Assembly: GCA_963666055.2 (NCBI GenBank)
Contig: CAXWPH010000004.1
Location: 1 to 35,969, forward strand
Origin: Acidobacteriota bacterium
GTDB taxonomy: Bacteria > Acidobacteriota > UBA890 > WLXD01
Length of the DNA: 35,969 bases
Direction: 5' to 3'
Of this stretch, positions 25,886 through 34,222 are shown one piece after another (position 1 is the first letter of the stretch; each line of letters opens with the position of its first letter). The notes below the pieces were generated by a model. It did no database searches. It was not told where the DNA came from and worked only from the letters and a program-made list of their open reading frames with translations. The position numbers and the translations under genes are program-made.

Positions 25886-27367
25886 CTAGAAGCGCGACGC
25901 CACGATGTCGAGGAACTCGTCCTGCCGCCGTTGCGCCATCGCCGGAGACTCACCCAGGGTGATCACATCGAGCTTACCGACCGGCCGCAGGCAGCCCACG
26001 TTCAACACGATGCCCCATCCGTTACCCGTACGAGCGTCGAAAAGTACATCCGGGAGCTGTCGTACGAACTCGTCGACGCCAACGCCCTTGAGTCGATCGT
26101 CGTGCAGCACGCCGGCTACATAGGGCTGACGGCGATAGTCACCGAACAGGCGGTTCATCAAGCTCATGGGGGTGCTGGTCCCGCCCCACCGTCCATTACA
26201 CTCAGTGAACTTGATGGTGGCATTCGTGAAGTTCGAGCCGCACAGGATGGTGTCGAACGAGCAACGCCCGACGTAGTTGAGGAGTTGAAACAGCCGTCCC
26301 AGGAGCAGGCCCGCGGCGCCGATGCGTCGCTGCAAGGTGTGGGGCAGCTGGCTGGGCACGCTGCCTTGAAACACCTGTTCCTGTCCGGGGTAGAAACGTT
26401 GGTCGAAGATCCCCTCCAGCAGCGGCGGCCCGCCGTCGAGTGGGGGTATCCAAAGCTGGATGCTGGGCGATCCGACAACATCCGTTCTCCATGGCTCCAC
26501 CGAGACAGGTGGCGACTCAGCCTGCCAGCCGTGGCCGACGAGCCAGTCGGCGACGAACGCTTCGAGCGACTCTGGTGATCGACTCAGGACATCTGCCGCC
26601 TCGACGATCTCGGTACCCATGCCGGAGGCGCTATCGGCGAGCTTGATGGCCACGCGAGGCGCGGTCGCCGCCACCCTCGCCAGGTCTTCGATGATCACCC
26701 TGGTGCAGGTACCAGTGTATGACTCGAGCGTCCACGCCGGCCCCAGGGCCTGCTCGACGACCGATCCGAACCAAACCTTGTTGTTCGCCAGCTCGGTGAG
26801 GCGGGGCGGCGGCCCCAGCACGCGAACCCGCCGCCCAGTGCGCTCGGCGAGCCGCTTCCCGAGCTCCCAAGCTGCTTCCAGCCCCATGTACGGATGGATC
26901 CAGAAGTTGTCGTGTGCCTCTCGAGCTGCGCTAGCGATCCGCTGTCGCGCGACGTCGTCGCTGAGAAGTGCCTCGAACGCCGCGTAGTTTGGTGCACCAG
27001 GTGCTGGAGCCGCGCGTACGTACTGCGACTTACCCAACCCGAGGTAATGATCCAGGTAGTCGGCGTATCCGTCGATCGGCGAGAACGTTCCGGCGACGAG
27101 ATCACCGTCACATTGACGCACGAATGCTCTGCTCGGGTAGTAGTCGATGCCGCTGATATCGCGGACGTGGGCGATCAAGGAGAAGTCGTCCACATGCAGC
27201 GTGCGCGCGTTCCGATCGGGGAGCGCGTCGGGCATCTGATTCCGGTAGCGGTCGCGATCGGTCGCCAGCCGTTCGTCGCCACGCCCGAGCGCGTCGGCGA
27301 TACGCTGCAGCCGGCGATCGTCCGGCTCGTCGACCTCGATGAGCCGAACCGGGGTCAGAGCGATCAT
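25886..27367 (-). CDS. ATP-grasp-fold ligase with a preATP-grasp-like N terminus (resembles PGM1-related peptide ligases)
   Basis: Motifs LANNKVWF, IKLADSASGMGT, SPSIQLWI, YVGRCSFD and FTECNGRWGGTS (ExNxR of ATP-grasp enzymes). Probable ATG at 27367 after GAGG. Confidence 0.7.
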   Translation of the reverse strand: MIALTPVRLIEVDEPDDRRLQRIADALGRGDERLATDRDRYRNQMPDALPDRNARTLHVDDFSLIAHVRDISGIDYYPSRAFVRQCDGDLVAGTFSPIDGYADYLDHYLGLGKSQYVRAAPAPGAPNYAAFEALLSDDVARQRIASAAREAHDNFWIHPYMGLEAAWELGKRLAERTGRRVRVLGPPPRLTELANNKVWFGSVVEQALGPAWTLESYTGTCTRVIIEDLARVAATAPRVAIKLADSASGMGTEIVEAADVLSRSPESLEAFVADWLVGHGWQAESPPVSVEPWRTDVVGSPSIQLWIPPLDGGPPLLEGIFDQRFYPGQEQVFQGSVPSQLPHTLQRRIGAAGLLLGRLFQLLNYVGRCSFDTILCGSNFTNATIKFTECNGRWGGTSTPMSLMNRLFGDYRRQPYVAGVLHDDRLKGVGVDEFVRQLPDVLFDARTGNGWGIVLNVGCLRPVGKLDVITLGESPAMAQRRQDEFLDIVASRF

Positions 27368-27472
27368 GCAGCCTCTGGCTGTTGAAACGGTGCGTGCAGT
27401 GTCGTCGCAACGGTTATCGCATCGTTGACGACCAACGACAAAGCATAAGTGCGCAACCCCCGGTCGCCGCAA

Positions 27473-27506
27473 CCAGGCCCACAACACTTCCACCACGGCC
27501 TGCTAG
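27473..27506 (-). repeat. Dispersed CTAG-anchored repeat, copy 3, followed by a second CTAG (CTAGCTAG at 27503-27510)
   Basis: CCAGGCCCACAACACTTCCACCACGGCCTGCTAG is the reverse complement of 4544-4577 with 2 mismatches. Confidence 0.9.
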
Positions 27507-27552
27507 CTAGGCTGTGCCGCGTATCAAGCAGTGGAAACAATCAGGAGAGAAC

Positions 27553-28233
27553 ATGCGCACGAGAATCATCGTCATGATCATGTCAGCCACCCTACTGTGC
27601 GGCCTGGTCGCCGAGGCGAGCGCCACCCCGAGCCGGGCCGTGTATCGCTATCGCCTCACGCCTGCGGACGGGCAAACGGGTAGCGCCACCGTGGTCGTGC
27701 GCCGACGTGGATTGAAGGTGAAGATCCGCGGCGGTGCGCCGCACACCCTATATACGGTCTGGGTGGATCACCGCAGCCGAGCTACCGGAAACCTCGCTGC
27801 CGACTACCCGCTCGACGATGGCGCATTGGAGCGCGGTGTCGCACCGGCCTTCGCTACCGACGCGCCGGTGTATGAGGGCATGTTGCCCGATCTCAACGCC
27901 CTCATCACGGACGCCAACGGAAACGGCCTTCTCGATGTAGAGCTTGACTACGGCCTGCTGGAAGCCGGCTCGAGCCCGGTCGTCGGTGGTGACCTCGCGA
28001 CCCAGGGTGCCAATGTCGTCGGTGGCTACTGGCTGCGGCGATACGGAACCGACCCGGCGACAGCCGCCTCGGTGCAGCTAACCGACCCCAAGAGCGGGTC
28101 GCCGTTGCTGCAGCGCAGTACGCCACAGGGCATTACGATCGTGTCGCACCCGGATACGGTTACCCATGGCCACAGCCCGGGAGTGGGCGGTACCGATCAC
28201 TTCTCGGCCTTCAAGGGCGACTTCGACTGCTAG
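27553..28233 (+). CDS. Secreted hypothetical protein with a His-rich C terminus
   Basis: AGGAG RBS and ATG at 27553. Signal peptide ending AEASA-T. Beta-rich sequence with C-terminal ITIVSHPDTVTHGHSPG...DH. Confidence 0.75.
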   Translation: MRTRIIVMIMSATLLCGLVAEASATPSRAVYRYRLTPADGQTGSATVVVRRRGLKVKIRGGAPHTLYTVWVDHRSRATGNLAADYPLDDGALERGVAPAFATDAPVYEGMLPDLNALITDANGNGLLDVELDYGLLEAGSSPVVGGDLATQGANVVGGYWLRRYGTDPATAASVQLTDPKSGSPLLQRSTPQGITIVSHPDTVTHGHSPGVGGTDHFSAFKGDFDC

Positions 28234-28254
28234 CAGGCCGTGGTGGAAGTGTGG
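28230..28254 (+). repeat. Dispersed CTAG-anchored repeat, copy 4
   Basis: CTAGCAGGCCGTGGTGGAAGTGTGG is identical to 4544-4568. Its TAG is the stop of the secreted-protein gene. Confidence 0.9.
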
Positions 28255-28282
28255 CCGCGGCCAACGTACCGCCCGCCGCTGA

Positions 28283-28558
28283 TCAGGTGTCGTCCGACCT
28301 GTCGCTCGCATCGGTTCGCTCGCTCGCCTCGAGAGCGGCGCCCGAGCGCAGCAGATTGCGGATCGCGGCGACGACTCCGAAGCCGAAGCCCAGCAGCGCC
28401 AGCCACGGCGCCGTGCCGAGACGGCCGTCGAGCCAGTAGCCGCCCATGAACCCGAGGCCGATCGCCACCGGGAACATTGCCCCCACATGCCCCACCAAGG
28501 TGAGCTGTCGCGCCCAGCCACGCGCGTCGTCTCGCTGCGGGTGATGCGATGCGGCCAT
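28283..28558 (-). CDS. atpZ: AtpZ/AtpI family 2-TM protein (first gene of F0 operons)
   Basis: GFMGGYWLDGRLGTAPWLALLGFGFGVVAAIRNL matches the family pattern GYWLD...T.P.....G...G.... Confidence 0.85.
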   Translation of the reverse strand: MAASHHPQRDDARGWARQLTLVGHVGAMFPVAIGLGFMGGYWLDGRLGTAPWLALLGFGFGVVAAIRNLLRSGAALEASERTDASDRSDDT

Positions 28559-28578
28559 CTCGAATCAGGCCAGGAGGC

Positions 28579-30051
28579 TCAGAACTGAAGGGCGGCGTGC
28601 TGTACCCAGTCGACCAATGGCGTGGCCCAGATGATGCCCGCAACGGTGACCAAGGCACAGATACCGAGCGCGACCTGCAATGGAATCGACCCGACGAGCG
28701 TTGTCTCGGCGTCGGCCTCGCTCATGAGCATCGCCTTGGCGATGCGTAAATAGTAGAAAAGCGAGATGGCTGCGTTGACCGCACCCACGACGGCCAGCCA
28801 GCCATAGCCGGCGTCGATGGCGGCACCGAATACGTACCACTTGCCGAGAAAGCCGATGGTCGGCGGAATGCCTCCCAGCGACAGAAGAAAGATCAGCATC
28901 GCCGCAGTTGCTGCGCCCGAGCGGTGCACCAACCCGTTGAAGTCGTCAACGCTCTCGCCGGCGAGTCCGTTGCGGCGGAGCATGATCACCATCGACCAAG
29001 CCCCCACGTTCATGAACGTGTAGGCGAACAGGTAGTACATCGTGGCGGCGATGCCGTACGACGTGCCCGCCGCCACCCCGACCAGCGCGTATCCCGCGTG
29101 GGCGACGCTCGAGTAGGCAAACATTCGCTTGACGTTGCCCTGCGATAGCGCCGCGACGTTACCAAACGTCATCGTAACGGCGGCCAACAATGCCAGCAGC
29201 GATGTCCACGATGCCGTAATCGGCGAAAAGGCGACGAACAGGATACGGATCATCATGGCGAACGCCGCCGCTTTGGAGGCTACCGAGATGAACAGGGTGA
29301 CCGGGGTCGCGGCGCCGGTGTAAGCGTCTGGCGCCCACAGGTGGAAAGGAACAGCGGCGACCTTGAATCCCAGCGACACGATCAACAGGATCAGGCCCAG
29401 CAGCAGGATCGGATCGCCCGCCAGGTTGCTGTCGGCCAGCGAGGTGCCGATTTCCGCAAGGCTCGTCGTTCCGACGACAGCGTAGATCAGCGAGAGCGAG
29501 TAGATGAAAATGCCCGAGGACAAGCCGCCAAGGATGAAATACTTCAGGCCTGCCTCGTTCGAGCGCCTATCCTTCTTGAGGTAGCCGACCAGCACGTAGA
29601 CCGACAACGCCTGCAGCTCGAGCCCAACGAAGATGCTGATCAGGTCGGCGCCGCGGGCCATGATCATCATCCCGACGAGCGCCACCAGAATGAAGAAGTA
29701 GTACTCGGGGAGGTGCGCCTCCTGGTCTTCCAAGAAGCGGACCGAGGCGGCAACGGCGAGGGCGGCGGTGACCAGAAACAGCACCGCGAAGAAGCTCCCG
29801 AAGGCATCGACCGCGAGCTGGCCGGAGAAAGCCATGGTCACACCGCGCTCAATCTGCGGCGACAGCCCCAAGACCACGCCGGCGAGAGCGCCGAGCACCG
29901 TGAGCAGAGTCACCCAGGCGAACATCCGCCCGCTGGCCCGCGTTCGAGGCGCAAAGGCACCCCAAACCAAGACGACGAGCGATCCGATCGTAAGGGTTAT
30001 CTCGGCGTTCAGCGACACCAGGTCGGAGCTTGAAATCGGGAAGCTATCCAT
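28579..30051 (-). CDS. nuoN: NADH-quinone oxidoreductase subunit N
   Basis: Motifs GLELQAL, SNEAGLKYFILG, FKVAAVPFHLWAPDAY and KRMFAYSSVAHAGY. Confidence 0.96.
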   Translation of the reverse strand: MDSFPISSSDLVSLNAEITLTIGSLVVLVWGAFAPRTRASGRMFAWVTLLTVLGALAGVVLGLSPQIERGVTMAFSGQLAVDAFGSFFAVLFLVTAALAVAASVRFLEDQEAHLPEYYFFILVALVGMMIMARGADLISIFVGLELQALSVYVLVGYLKKDRRSNEAGLKYFILGGLSSGIFIYSLSLIYAVVGTTSLAEIGTSLADSNLAGDPILLLGLILLIVSLGFKVAAVPFHLWAPDAYTGAATPVTLFISVASKAAAFAMMIRILFVAFSPITASWTSLLALLAAVTMTFGNVAALSQGNVKRMFAYSSVAHAGYALVGVAAGTSYGIAATMYYLFAYTFMNVGAWSMVIMLRRNGLAGESVDDFNGLVHRSGAATAAMLIFLLSLGGIPPTIGFLGKWYVFGAAIDAGYGWLAVVGAVNAAISLFYYLRIAKAMLMSEADAETTLVGSIPLQVALGICALVTVAGIIWATPLVDWVQHAALQF

Positions 30052-30054
30052 ACC

Positions 30055-31665
30055 CTAGCCTTCCTCGGTCTCCGCCTGAGCAACGGGCTCCTCGATCAGT
30101 GGCGGGTCGATTCCATCGGCCATGCGTAGCGCCGCGAGGCTGGGCAAGGCTGGCGTCGGGATCCCGCTACCCTCGAAGTAGCCGGGTTTCACGCGCTCGA
30201 CGATCGCGTTGACCGGTGGCTCGAGCGTATCTAGCACCGGCGACGGGTACAGGCCCATCCACACCGCGAGGACGACTAGCGGCAGCAGCGTGGCTACCTC
30301 GCGCATGCTGAGGTCGCTGAGGCCGGCGATCTTGTCGTCTTTTACTTCGCCGAACATGACTCGTTGGAAGAGCCACAGCAGGTAGGCTGCGGCGAGCACG
30401 ATCCCCCAGACCGACCAATAGACATATACCGGGTTCCACTCGAATGCGCCGATCAGAATCAAGAACTCGCCGACGAAGCCGTTGAGCCCTGGAAGGCCCA
30501 TCGACGACAGCGCGATGATGGCGAACAACACCGTGAATACCGGCATGACCTTGGCCAGCCCCGAGTACGCGGCGATCTCTCGCGTGTGCGTGCGTTCGTA
30601 CATCAAGCCGACGATCAGGAACAGCCCGCCGGTGGAGACTCCGTGATTGAGCATCTGCAGAACACTGCCCTGCACGCCGATCGGGTTGAGAGCGAAGATC
30701 CCCAACGTGATGAAGCCCATGTGCGAGACCGATGAGTACGCCACCAGGCTCTTCCAGTCCTTTTGCATCAGTGCCACCAGGGCACCGTAGATGATCGCAA
30801 TGATCGACAGCACGGCGATCATCGGCGCGAACTGCACCGATGCCTGCGGCATGATCGGCAGCGACAGGCGTACGAATCCGTAGGCGCCCATCTTCAGCAG
30901 CACGGCCGCCAGGATCACCGAAGCGGCAGTGGGAGCCTGCACGTGGGCGTCCGGGAGCCAGGTGTGGAACGGCCACATGGGCACTTTGATCGCGAAGGCG
31001 AGGAAGAAGCCCAGGAATATCCACCACTGCATGTCAGCGGGTACCGACAGCTGGTAGTAGGCCAGGATGTTGGTGGTCCACTCACCGGTGACGGTGTGGT
31101 TGTAGAAGTACAGCGCCAGAATACCGACCAGCATCAGCACCGAGCCGGCCAGCGTGTACAGGAAGAACTTGATGGCCGCGTACAGGCGGTTCTTGTCGCC
31201 CCAGATACCGATGAGGAAATACATCGGCACCAGCATGACCTCCCAGAAGATGTAGAAGAGGAAGAAGTCGAAGGCGATGAACACGCCCAGCATGCCGCTC
31301 TGCAGGATCATCAAGTAGGCGTAATATTCCTTGTTCCGCGTCTCGATGTAATTCCACGACGACAGGCAAGCGATCGAGCCGAGCAGCGTGGTCAGCAGAA
31401 TGAGGCACAGGGAGATGCCATCGATGCCGGTGAAGTACTCCACACCAATCGATGGAATCCACTGCAACCGCGTCACGTGTTGCAACTCGGCGGTGCCGAA
31501 ATCGAAGCCCTGTAGTAGCAGCAACGAGAGCAGAAAATCGACGAACAGAACGATGTTCGCGGTCCACTTGATGGCGTTGTCGCGTTCCTTACCGAGCAGC
31601 AGCGCGATCGCGAGCGCGCCCACCGCCGGCAAGAAGACGACCAGGGTGAGGAGATTTCCGCTCAT
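30055..31665 (-). CDS. nuoM: NADH-quinone oxidoreductase subunit M
   Basis: Motifs FYIFWEVMLVPMY, AIKFFLYTL, KVPMWPFHTWLPDAHVQAPT and LPGLNGFVGEF. ATG at 31665 after GAGG; the ORF track start is too early. Confidence 0.96.
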   Translation of the reverse strand: MSGNLLTLVVFLPAVGALAIALLLGKERDNAIKWTANIVLFVDFLLSLLLLQGFDFGTAELQHVTRLQWIPSIGVEYFTGIDGISLCLILLTTLLGSIACLSSWNYIETRNKEYYAYLMILQSGMLGVFIAFDFFLFYIFWEVMLVPMYFLIGIWGDKNRLYAAIKFFLYTLAGSVLMLVGILALYFYNHTVTGEWTTNILAYYQLSVPADMQWWIFLGFFLAFAIKVPMWPFHTWLPDAHVQAPTAASVILAAVLLKMGAYGFVRLSLPIMPQASVQFAPMIAVLSIIAIIYGALVALMQKDWKSLVAYSSVSHMGFITLGIFALNPIGVQGSVLQMLNHGVSTGGLFLIVGLMYERTHTREIAAYSGLAKVMPVFTVLFAIIALSSMGLPGLNGFVGEFLILIGAFEWNPVYVYWSVWGIVLAAAYLLWLFQRVMFGEVKDDKIAGLSDLSMREVATLLPLVVLAVWMGLYPSPVLDTLEPPVNAIVERVKPGYFEGSGIPTPALPSLAALRMADGIDPPLIEEPVAQAETEEG

Positions 31666-31679
31666 GGGTGCCTCGTTCT

Positions 31680-33905
31680 CTACAAGAACATGTAGGCGCT
31701 GACCAGCATGAACAGCCCGAGGGCGATGACCAGCGCGTAGTTCTGTACATAACCGGTTTGCAGGGCGCGGAAGATCCACGAACCTGCCCAGAACGTGTTT
31801 CCGACTCCGTTGACTGTGCCGTCGACGACGCGATCGTCGAACTCGGTCGACGCGGTTGCAGCCTGTTTCGTAGACTCGGCGACCCCGTTGACGATGCCGT
31901 CGACAACTGCGTCGTCGAGCACCCAAAGGGCGGTCCCGAGGTCCTTCGTGCGGTTGACGAACAGCGCGTCATAGAGCTCGTCGACCCAGTACTTGTTCCA
32001 CAATGTTCGGTGGATCCCGGAGAAACGAGCCAACGGCTCCTCGCTCACACCGGCTCCATACATGCGGTACGCGATTCCCATGCCCGCCAGCGCCACCGTG
32101 ACCGAAGTCAGCATCAGGATCCACTCGAGTCTCGTGTGATCCTCCGCGTCCTGCGCAGCCACCAGGCGGGCCGATGCCTGGGTCGCTTCCGACAGCATCG
32201 CACTGGCGGCGACGATGCGGCCGTCGCCGTCGAGCGTTCCGAGTACCTGTGTTTCGGCAGTCACCGTCGGCGCCGCGCGATCGGCTACTTCGGCGGAGGC
32301 ACCGTGCTCGGCTTCGCTGAGGCCTCCGGTGATCGGCTCGAGCCAGCGGCCGATATCGATGCTGTCGTGCAATGCTCCGAGCGGGCCTATCTGTAAGTTG
32401 GCGGGGATTCCCACGTAGCCACCGATGACCGCTAGCAGCGCCAGGGCTACCAGCGGCACGGTGATCAGGCGCGAGCTTTCGTGGGCATGTGCCTCGACGT
32501 GCTCGTCCATGCGCGACTCCCCGTAAAACGTCACCAGCAGCATGCGCATCATGTAGAACGCGGTCATGCCGGCGACCAGCGTCCCCACGGCCCAGAGCCA
32601 GGGGGAGCCGTTGGGACCGGTCCAGGCGTACCACAACACCTCGTCCTTGGAGAAGAAGCCCGCCAGCCCCGGGATACCGGCGATGGCCAGAGTACCCACC
32701 AGGAACGTCTTGTGCGTCACCGGCATGTACTTGCGGACATTGCCCATCTTCCACATGTCGAGCTCGCCACCCAGGGCGTGCATTACCGAGCCCGCCGCGA
32801 GGAACAGCAGCGCCTTGAAGAAGGCGTGCGTCATCAGGTGGAACACACCGACCGCGTACGCCCCGACACCGCACGCCAGGAACATGTAGCCGAGCTGGCT
32901 GATCGTGGAGTAGGCGAGCACGCGTTTTATGTCGTTTTGGACCATTGCGATGGAGGCAGCAAATAATGCGGTGAGCGCGCCGATGACCGCCACGACGGTC
33001 ATGACTGTTGGCGACATCGAGAACAGCACGTTGGAGCGCACCACCATGTAGACGCCCGCGGTCACCATCGTAGCGGCGTGGATCAAAGCCGACACCGGTG
33101 TCGGCCCCTCCATGGCGTCGGGCAGCCAGGTAAACAGTGGAATTTGCGCGCTCTTGCCGGTGGCGCCGATGAACAGCATCAGGGTGATGAACGTGATCAC
33201 CCCGGCCCCGACCTCGTAGTTGGCGGCCGCGAGCTCGAAGACTTCGTCGTAGTCCAGCGTGCCGAAGGTGAAGAAGATGGTGAACATGCCGAGCAGGAAA
33301 GCGGCATCACCGATGCGGTTCACCACGAACGCCTTCTTGGCGGCGTCGCCGGCCGACTTCTTGGTGTAGTAGTAGCCGATCAGCAAATACGAGCACAGCC
33401 CGACGCCCTCCCAGCCAATAAACATCATGGCGTAGGAGTTGCCGAGCACGAGCACCAGCATGAAGGCGGCGAACAGGTTCAGGTAGGTGAAGAACCTGTA
33501 GAAGCCAGGGTCTGGCGGATCAAGCGCCATGTATCCGATGGCGTAGACGTGGATCAAGAACCCGACCCCGGTGATTATCAGCACCATGATGGCCGACAGG
33601 GGGTCGAACTGGAAACCGAAGGGCACCACGAACCGGGCAGCGTCGACCCCGGCTTCGTTGTCGTGCATGTGGCCCCACGACGCGTCTATCCAGTCGTACA
33701 GGACCACCTCCACGTGGCGGTCGGCGGGCTCCATACCGACGAGGCCGAGGAACGAGCCGGCGCCGATGATAAACGCCAGCAGCATGCACAAGCTGGCAAG
33801 GCCGCCGGTGATCAGCTCGGAGCGTATGAAACGCGACCCCAGCAGCCCGTTGATGAGCATGCCGGCAAGTGGCAGAAGCGGGATAAGCCAGAAGTACTCG
33901 ATCAC
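31680..33905 (-). CDS. nuoL: NADH-quinone oxidoreductase subunit L (lengthened lateral helix)
   Basis: Motifs GWEGVGLCSYLLIG, GKSAQIPLFTWLPDAMEGPTPVSALIHAATM, HAFFKALLFL and LQTGYVQNYA. Confidence 0.97.
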   Translation of the reverse strand: MIEYFWLIPLLPLAGMLINGLLGSRFIRSELITGGLASLCMLLAFIIGAGSFLGLVGMEPADRHVEVVLYDWIDASWGHMHDNEAGVDAARFVVPFGFQFDPLSAIMVLIITGVGFLIHVYAIGYMALDPPDPGFYRFFTYLNLFAAFMLVLVLGNSYAMMFIGWEGVGLCSYLLIGYYYTKKSAGDAAKKAFVVNRIGDAAFLLGMFTIFFTFGTLDYDEVFELAAANYEVGAGVITFITLMLFIGATGKSAQIPLFTWLPDAMEGPTPVSALIHAATMVTAGVYMVVRSNVLFSMSPTVMTVVAVIGALTALFAASIAMVQNDIKRVLAYSTISQLGYMFLACGVGAYAVGVFHLMTHAFFKALLFLAAGSVMHALGGELDMWKMGNVRKYMPVTHKTFLVGTLAIAGIPGLAGFFSKDEVLWYAWTGPNGSPWLWAVGTLVAGMTAFYMMRMLLVTFYGESRMDEHVEAHAHESSRLITVPLVALALLAVIGGYVGIPANLQIGPLGALHDSIDIGRWLEPITGGLSEAEHGASAEVADRAAPTVTAETQVLGTLDGDGRIVAASAMLSEATQASARLVAAQDAEDHTRLEWILMLTSVTVALAGMGIAYRMYGAGVSEEPLARFSGIHRTLWNKYWVDELYDALFVNRTKDLGTALWVLDDAVVDGIVNGVAESTKQAATASTEFDDRVVDGTVNGVGNTFWAGSWIFRALQTGYVQNYALVIALGLFMLVSAYMFL

Positions 33906-33912
33906 GACGCGG

Positions 33913-34221
33913 CTATCCCTCCAGCAGGTGCACGTCGTCGACGTTCACCGTCTGCGCGTTGCGGAACATCGCAATCACCAGCCCGAGCCCGATTGCCGCC
34001 TCGGCGGCGGCGACGGTGATCGTGAAGATCGTGAAGATCTGCCCGGCAAGATCCGGTCGAAAGCGGGCCACCGCCACCAAGTTGATGTTGGCGGCATTGA
34101 AGATCAGCTCGAGACACATCAACACCATGATGACGTTACGGCGTACGAGTACTCCGATCACGCCGATGCCGAACAGCACCGCCGACAGCAGCAAGTAGTG
34201 GCCGAGCCCCAGCGTACCCAC
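33913..34221 (-). CDS. nuoK: NADH-quinone oxidoreductase subunit K
   Basis: Motifs RRNVIMVLMCLELIFNA and AAAEAAIGL. Confidence 0.96.
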   Translation of the reverse strand: MGTLGLGHYLLLSAVLFGIGVIGVLVRRNVIMVLMCLELIFNAANINLVAVARFRPDLAGQIFTIFTITVAAAEAAIGLGLVIAMFRNAQTVNVDDVHLLEG

Positions 34222-34222
34222 G

